The position numbers were made by a program, and so were the translations under genes. DNA of 64,000 bases from an uncultured Bdellovibrionales bacterium (GTDB lineage Bacteria > Bdellovibrionota_C > UBA2361 > CAIXSY01): assembly GCA_964510065.1 (NCBI GenBank), contig CAZEAC010000010.1:2074-66073 (forward strand), written 5' to 3'. Below, in pieces: positions 60,312-64,000 of the stretch. The stretch's first letter is position 1, and each line of letters opens with the position of its first letter. The notes under the pieces are model-generated. The model searched no databases. It was not told where the DNA came from and saw nothing but the letters and a program-made list of their open reading frames with translations.

Positions 60312-62923
60312 AGCTTCGGCTCAAATGAGAACAATCGCTCCTCGATAAGTGATTTTACAAAGCTTGAGACGGTGACCCTTGTTGCGCACACGCCACTCGC
60401 GGGAAGACCATCAAGATGTCCAATGAAGTCTTTATAGAACTGATTTGAATCTCCACTACCACCACAGGAAGCCCCGGCCCCAGTCATAGTATCTGCCCAT
60501 GGGCTAATTACATAGAGACGGTTTCGGTAGGGTGCTCTAGGGCTCACCGAACTTGCCAGAGGATCTATTCCAAAGAGACAGCGGACTCGATCTACTGCAT
60601 CGCCATCGCAGTTAGCGGTTCCGGCATCAAGCGCGTCTGTCGGCGTCATCGGAATATAGATGACAGTTACCGGAAAAATACCCTGAGTCAGCTCCGGGTT
60701 GTTTATCCGAAGATCGCCGACATAGGCCAGTAAATTATGTTGATGAGGGGGGCGGTGAAGAATGATTACAGTCGGGGCATTTCTATCGAGCCGGTATAAA
60801 TTCGTTACGGTCTGGTTGCCACCGAAAGGGAATTCGGGCTCGTTGGCGTAGGTAGCAGGCCCGGGAGGTTCCGCCGGCCAAACCGTGAGCGGGAATAGCC
60901 CTGGCGGTGCGTAAAAGAAGGGATGTGGCTGGTTTGGTGCGCCAAAGTTATTTGGCAATCGACGATGATTAGCGAGAAATGAGCCGAAGTCGGGAAGCAG
61001 ATCGTTGTCCCCGCCGGGCTTTTGGCAAGGCCAGCCGGGAAAAGCTTCATTCAGAGGATGATAGCCTACGGGACAGGATTGGATCGATCCAATTATCGCC
61101 GCGACCTCCGGAGCGGTAAGGCCTCGGGAGGTATTATTGGTTTCGTCGTTAAGATCGGTGCTGTGTGGATCCACATTGCTGTTTGGCCAGGGTCTTGGCC
61201 CCTGCTCCCAGGGCTGACCGGGAGCGAAGGGTATATTTCTAAGCTTCGGGTTATAGGCAAACCCTGCCGGGTCAAACGGATCGTTACCAGGCAATATGAA
61301 TTGTGGCCTATCGATCCCATTTCGGTCATCTATGCCATTGTCATCTGGATCGAACCCGGAGTAGAGCTGATAGCAGATCCTTAGCTGCTCGGCGATAAAC
61401 TGCTGATGCTGGTCGCTTAGATTGTAGAGGTTCGCGTTCCCGTTTCCATCTCGCCAGGGGTTTATCGGACCATCCTTATTCTGGACACTCCACGCGTCGA
61501 AGTGTCCATCGATACTGCCAGTGACCGGGTAATCCTCTCGTGAACTATTGTAGTATACGTAAGGCAGCTGATACTGCGGCGCGGCAAGATCATCTCCTAG
61601 CAGTGAATCAACAATCTTTACAGGTTTATTTTGTCCCCAGGTCGAGCTGTAATAATCAGTGTTCGGTGATCTTCGGTTTGCCGGGTTTACTACGGCGAGA
61701 TCGGTTGAGTACCTGGTAAGAGAAGATCGCATAAGATACTCTAGCAATCCGCTTACAATCAGGTTTCTTACAAATATAGTAGGATTAAGGCAGGCCGCCA
61801 TGTGCGACCAAAGCGGGTCTTCACTGCCCCATCCTGAAATATGCATATAATCAAAGTAGCCACCGAGTTCATCACCTGCATCCGCAGGTGGAGTTCCATT
61901 ATCTACCGCATAGCCGCCGGGAGAGATGTCAAATTCAGTTGCTGGCTTTTTGTGATTGCCGGGATCGCCTATAAAGTGAGTGCTAAAAAGAGAACCATAT
62001 TCTCCAAGGGTAGTTAAGCGGAGGAGGCTATATTTATCTAAATACTTCTTGGTCTCTACTCCAAGAGCTCCCTCATTTGGTTCCCACCAAGGGAAATTTG
62101 CTGGGCCGGGAATTGGCGTCGTCATCTGAGGTGCCACCAAGATCTTAATTCCCATCGGCCCCTGCGGGGCTCCACCAGCGGTAAGCGGAATCTCGCCACG
62201 AGGTCTGCGCCAGAAAGCTGATTTAGCCGAGATAATTCTTGGCCCGAAAAAAATCGTTGAGTACTCCGCAACCGCTTCGCAGGCAACTGCCGCGCCGACT
62301 AGTGGGTTAGGAAAATTAGGAGGAGTTTCGGGGCAGGCGCCACCACCTGCTGTTTGCGGGGATACACAGCCGGTTGAGACCAAGTTGCCGCTCCAAAAGT
62401 TGTTAGGAAAGCCACCGCTCGGTGCGTTGAAATCAGTGGTGTCGTAAACATACTCGCATGTTCCAACAGCTCCAACATCACAGCTGGTAATGTTACATAT
62501 CCCACTCGCGCAGCCGCTGAGCAGTCCCGCTGCATTTGCTGTGAAATTGGCCTCAAGGTATCCCGGATCAAATACTGGGGCATACACCCGCGCATGGGTG
62601 ATGGTAAGATTTCGCTGACGCGGCGCAGCCGCCCAGGCATTTACCTGGTCGCGAAAGCCAACGACAACTTCGCGCTGGAAAAAAGGATTGTAAGAGACTG
62701 TCCTACAACGTTCATCAAGATCCCTTCGAAAGCCGGTTTCAGCGTGTTTGGTAAGGAGTAGATCAACTCCGAGCGCGCTTATCACTATGCTGAAAATCGC
62801 GCCCATTACCGCGATAAGCGGAATCACGACACCGGCGTCAGAGCGGAGCCGCTTAGAAAATCGTGGCAATTTATTGGGAATGCCCATATTCCTTAGATGC
62901 AGTTTTGAAAGCACAATGCGCAA
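60308..62923 (-). CDS. giant TadG-like / pilus-tip-like secreted protein (871 aa), first gene of the flp-like operon
   Basis: N-terminal RSDAGVVIPLIAVMGAIFSIVISALGVD (TadE/G-like hydrophobic N-terminus). Asn/Asp/Pro/Gly-rich body with many DPxxD/NG motifs. ATGA coupling to flp. Confidence 0.5.
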   Translation of the reverse strand: MRIVLSKLHLRNMGIPNKLPRFSKRLRSDAGVVIPLIAVMGAIFSIVISALGVDLLLTKHAETGFRRDLDERCRTVSYNPFFQREVVVGFRDQVNAWAAAPRQRNLTITHARVYAPVFDPGYLEANFTANAAGLLSGCASGICNITSCDVGAVGTCEYVYDTTDFNAPSGGFPNNFWSGNLVSTGCVSPQTAGGGACPETPPNFPNPLVGAAVACEAVAEYSTIFFGPRIISAKSAFWRRPRGEIPLTAGGAPQGPMGIKILVAPQMTTPIPGPANFPWWEPNEGALGVETKKYLDKYSLLRLTTLGEYGSLFSTHFIGDPGNHKKPATEFDISPGGYAVDNGTPPADAGDELGGYFDYMHISGWGSEDPLWSHMAACLNPTIFVRNLIVSGLLEYLMRSSLTRYSTDLAVVNPANRRSPNTDYYSSTWGQNKPVKIVDSLLGDDLAAPQYQLPYVYYNSSREDYPVTGSIDGHFDAWSVQNKDGPINPWRDGNGNANLYNLSDQHQQFIAEQLRICYQLYSGFDPDDNGIDDRNGIDRPQFILPGNDPFDPAGFAYNPKLRNIPFAPGQPWEQGPRPWPNSNVDPHSTDLNDETNNTSRGLTAPEVAAIIGSIQSCPVGYHPLNEAFPGWPCQKPGGDNDLLPDFGSFLANHRRLPNNFGAPNQPHPFFYAPPGLFPLTVWPAEPPGPATYANEPEFPFGGNQTVTNLYRLDRNAPTVIILHRPPHQHNLLAYVGDLRINNPELTQGIFPVTVIYIPMTPTDALDAGTANCDGDAVDRVRCLFGIDPLASSVSPRAPYRNRLYVISPWADTMTGAGASCGGSGDSNQFYKDFIGHLDGLPASGVCATRVTVSSFVKSLIEERLFSFEPKL

Positions 62924-62974
62924 CTCAACCTTAGCTACATCTGTCGACAGTAGGAGTTAACGTACTTAAGTAAA

Positions 62975-62990
62975 AAAATCTATAGATTTT
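62975..62990. promoter_or_regulatory. perfect 16-bp palindrome AAAATCTATAGATTTT in the AT-rich region ~50 bp upstream of the flp-like operon; candidate operator
   Basis: Read directly. Lies in a low-GC leader. Confidence 0.4.
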
Positions 62991-63071
62991 AACTACTTAA
63001 ATCAACTAGGGATATTTCTTAGAAGAGTCTCAGCAGCAAAAAAATATGTAGCGATTTCAGTCTTTTGCCCT

Positions 63072-63142
63072 AAACCCGTGACGGTCCCACATGTCCCTAC
63101 TTTTCTGAGAAAGTAGGGACATGTGGGACCGTCACGGGTTTT
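63072..63142. repeat. perfect 32-bp-arm palindrome (AAACCCGTGACGGTCCCACATGTCCCTACTTT-ctgag-AAAGTAGGGACATGTGGGACCGTCACGGGTTT)
   Basis: Read directly. Overlaps the stop codon of the 63097-63951 gene and lies upstream of the flp-like operon promoter region. Confidence 0.85.
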
Positions 63143-63951
63143 AGAAAATCACCGCGCGCGCTTTGATCTTGCATATCGAAAATATCCACACCACTTTTAA
63201 CAAAGTATGCTGCGCTGCCGTCAGCCCAATACTGCGTGGTAATCTCGCGCCAGCCTCCGAACTTGAATTGCCAGCTGCTAGTCTCTGAAAAGGGAAACCA
63301 GGGGCTCCAATTTCTTTCGCCATCATCAGAAATTCGAAAAAATTCGGCGCCTTTTGCTCGATGGTGGAAGGTCGCCTTTCGTTTGGCAATCGGTGTGCGT
63401 GACGAGGTTGCCCCAAGATCAACCATCGTATAGTCGATTATGTGGTCAAAGTTAATATCACGATTGAAGATAACGTTGCCCTTGGTTCCACTTCGAATCC
63501 GAGAAGAGAACTCCGAGAATAGTGCTCGGCCGTCAAGTGACTGAGCTCCCTTCAAAATCATAATCCGATTGATTCCTTCGCGAAGTGCAGTAGAGAATAA
63601 AAAGGAGGTCGCCCCATCCTCACTCTTTAGTCGGTCATTAGTAAGCGCTTTACCGTTAATGGTGATTGAGTGCGCGAGCGAACTTATGTTCATAGCTCGG
63701 TTGAATCTTAGCTTCACCACAATATCTCCCGACGGAACAGCCGAGTCATGCGGCGGATCAACCGAAAGAACGTATGGATCGAGCTCTCTATAGATTCCTT
63801 TTGGTACGAATATCTTCACCCCGTAGCCGGGGATTCCAATGACAACTTTTCTATCGTTGCCTACCTGCAGCGATTCGCGCGCATCGAGCGCGTTAACATA
63901 GCTTGCACTTCCGATACCCAAGGTGCGCGCCATGCTGAAGCTAGAAGTCAC
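63097..63951 (-). CDS. hypothetical protein (at least 284 aa; may extend beyond the window)
   Basis: ORF. No recognised motif. Confidence 0.4.
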   Translation of the reverse strand: MTSSFSMARTLGIGSASYVNALDARESLQVGNDRKVVIGIPGYGVKIFVPKGIYRELDPYVLSVDPPHDSAVPSGDIVVKLRFNRAMNISSLAHSITINGKALTNDRLKSEDGATSFLFSTALREGINRIMILKGAQSLDGRALFSEFSSRIRSGTKGNVIFNRDINFDHIIDYTMVDLGATSSRTPIAKRKATFHHRAKGAEFFRISDDGERNWSPWFPFSETSSWQFKFGGWREITTQYWADGSAAYFVKSGVDIFDMQDQSARGDFLKPVTVPHVPTFSEK

Positions 63952-64000
63952 TGTGCTCGAGGAGCGATTGACTGCAATCAGCGGGCCGAGTTCGCCACTT

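Noticed and set aside
60308-62923. Considered calling the 871-aa protein a PilY1-like or vWA tip adhesin
   Set aside because: I cannot see a vWA MIDAS motif (DxSxS...T...D) with confidence by eye. It is kept as a TadG-like giant protein of unknown function.
1-64000. CRISPR arrays, rRNA genes, IS elements or transposases
   Set aside because: No short regularly spaced direct repeats, no rRNA-like conserved stretches and no DDE or HUH transposase ORFs were seen. All repeats found are palindromes or the single ~150-bp pair.

Overview
This 64-kb bacterial chromosomal window (about 50% GC) is dense with genes and mixes housekeeping loci with accessory-looking regions. The housekeeping genes I recognise with confidence are glnS, upp, recQ, rmlA, prmC, murA, fabF, nth, panB-panD, smpB and a tmRNA (ssrA). 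Two separate, non-canonical Tad/Flp-pilus-like gene clusters are present (19.9-27.9 kb and 58.3-63 kb). Each carries a giant TadG-like protein and several TadE-like pseudopilins. Only one Flp pilin gene and one CpaB gene are present. No ATPase, platform or secretin genes lie in the window. A GH31 glycosidase gene and a CE4 polysaccharide deacetylase gene sit inside the first cluster. Immediately 3' of ssrA lie degenerate partial copies of the ssrA 3' end. These are followed by a Fic (AMPylase-type) gene, a cupin gene, a GDPD lipoprotein gene, an orphan 938-aa classical-AAA ATPase and a stand-alone receiver domain. I read this as a likely island remnant and the best candidate in the window for an undescribed system. 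Non-coding structure is unusually rich. A ~57-bp palindromic element occurs twice (3.6 kb and 33.2 kb). A perfect 32-bp-arm palindrome lies at 63.1 kb. A nested perfect inverted repeat lies at 19.45-19.63 kb. Two rearranged copies of a ~150-bp direct repeat bracket a small secreted-protein gene (10.67-12.01 kb). A 16-bp perfect palindrome sits upstream of the flp operon. No CRISPR array, rRNA, integrase or transposase was seen. The taxonomic guess (a Gram-negative rich in Tad pili, such as Bdellovibrionota or a deltaproteobacteria-like lineage) is weak inference only.
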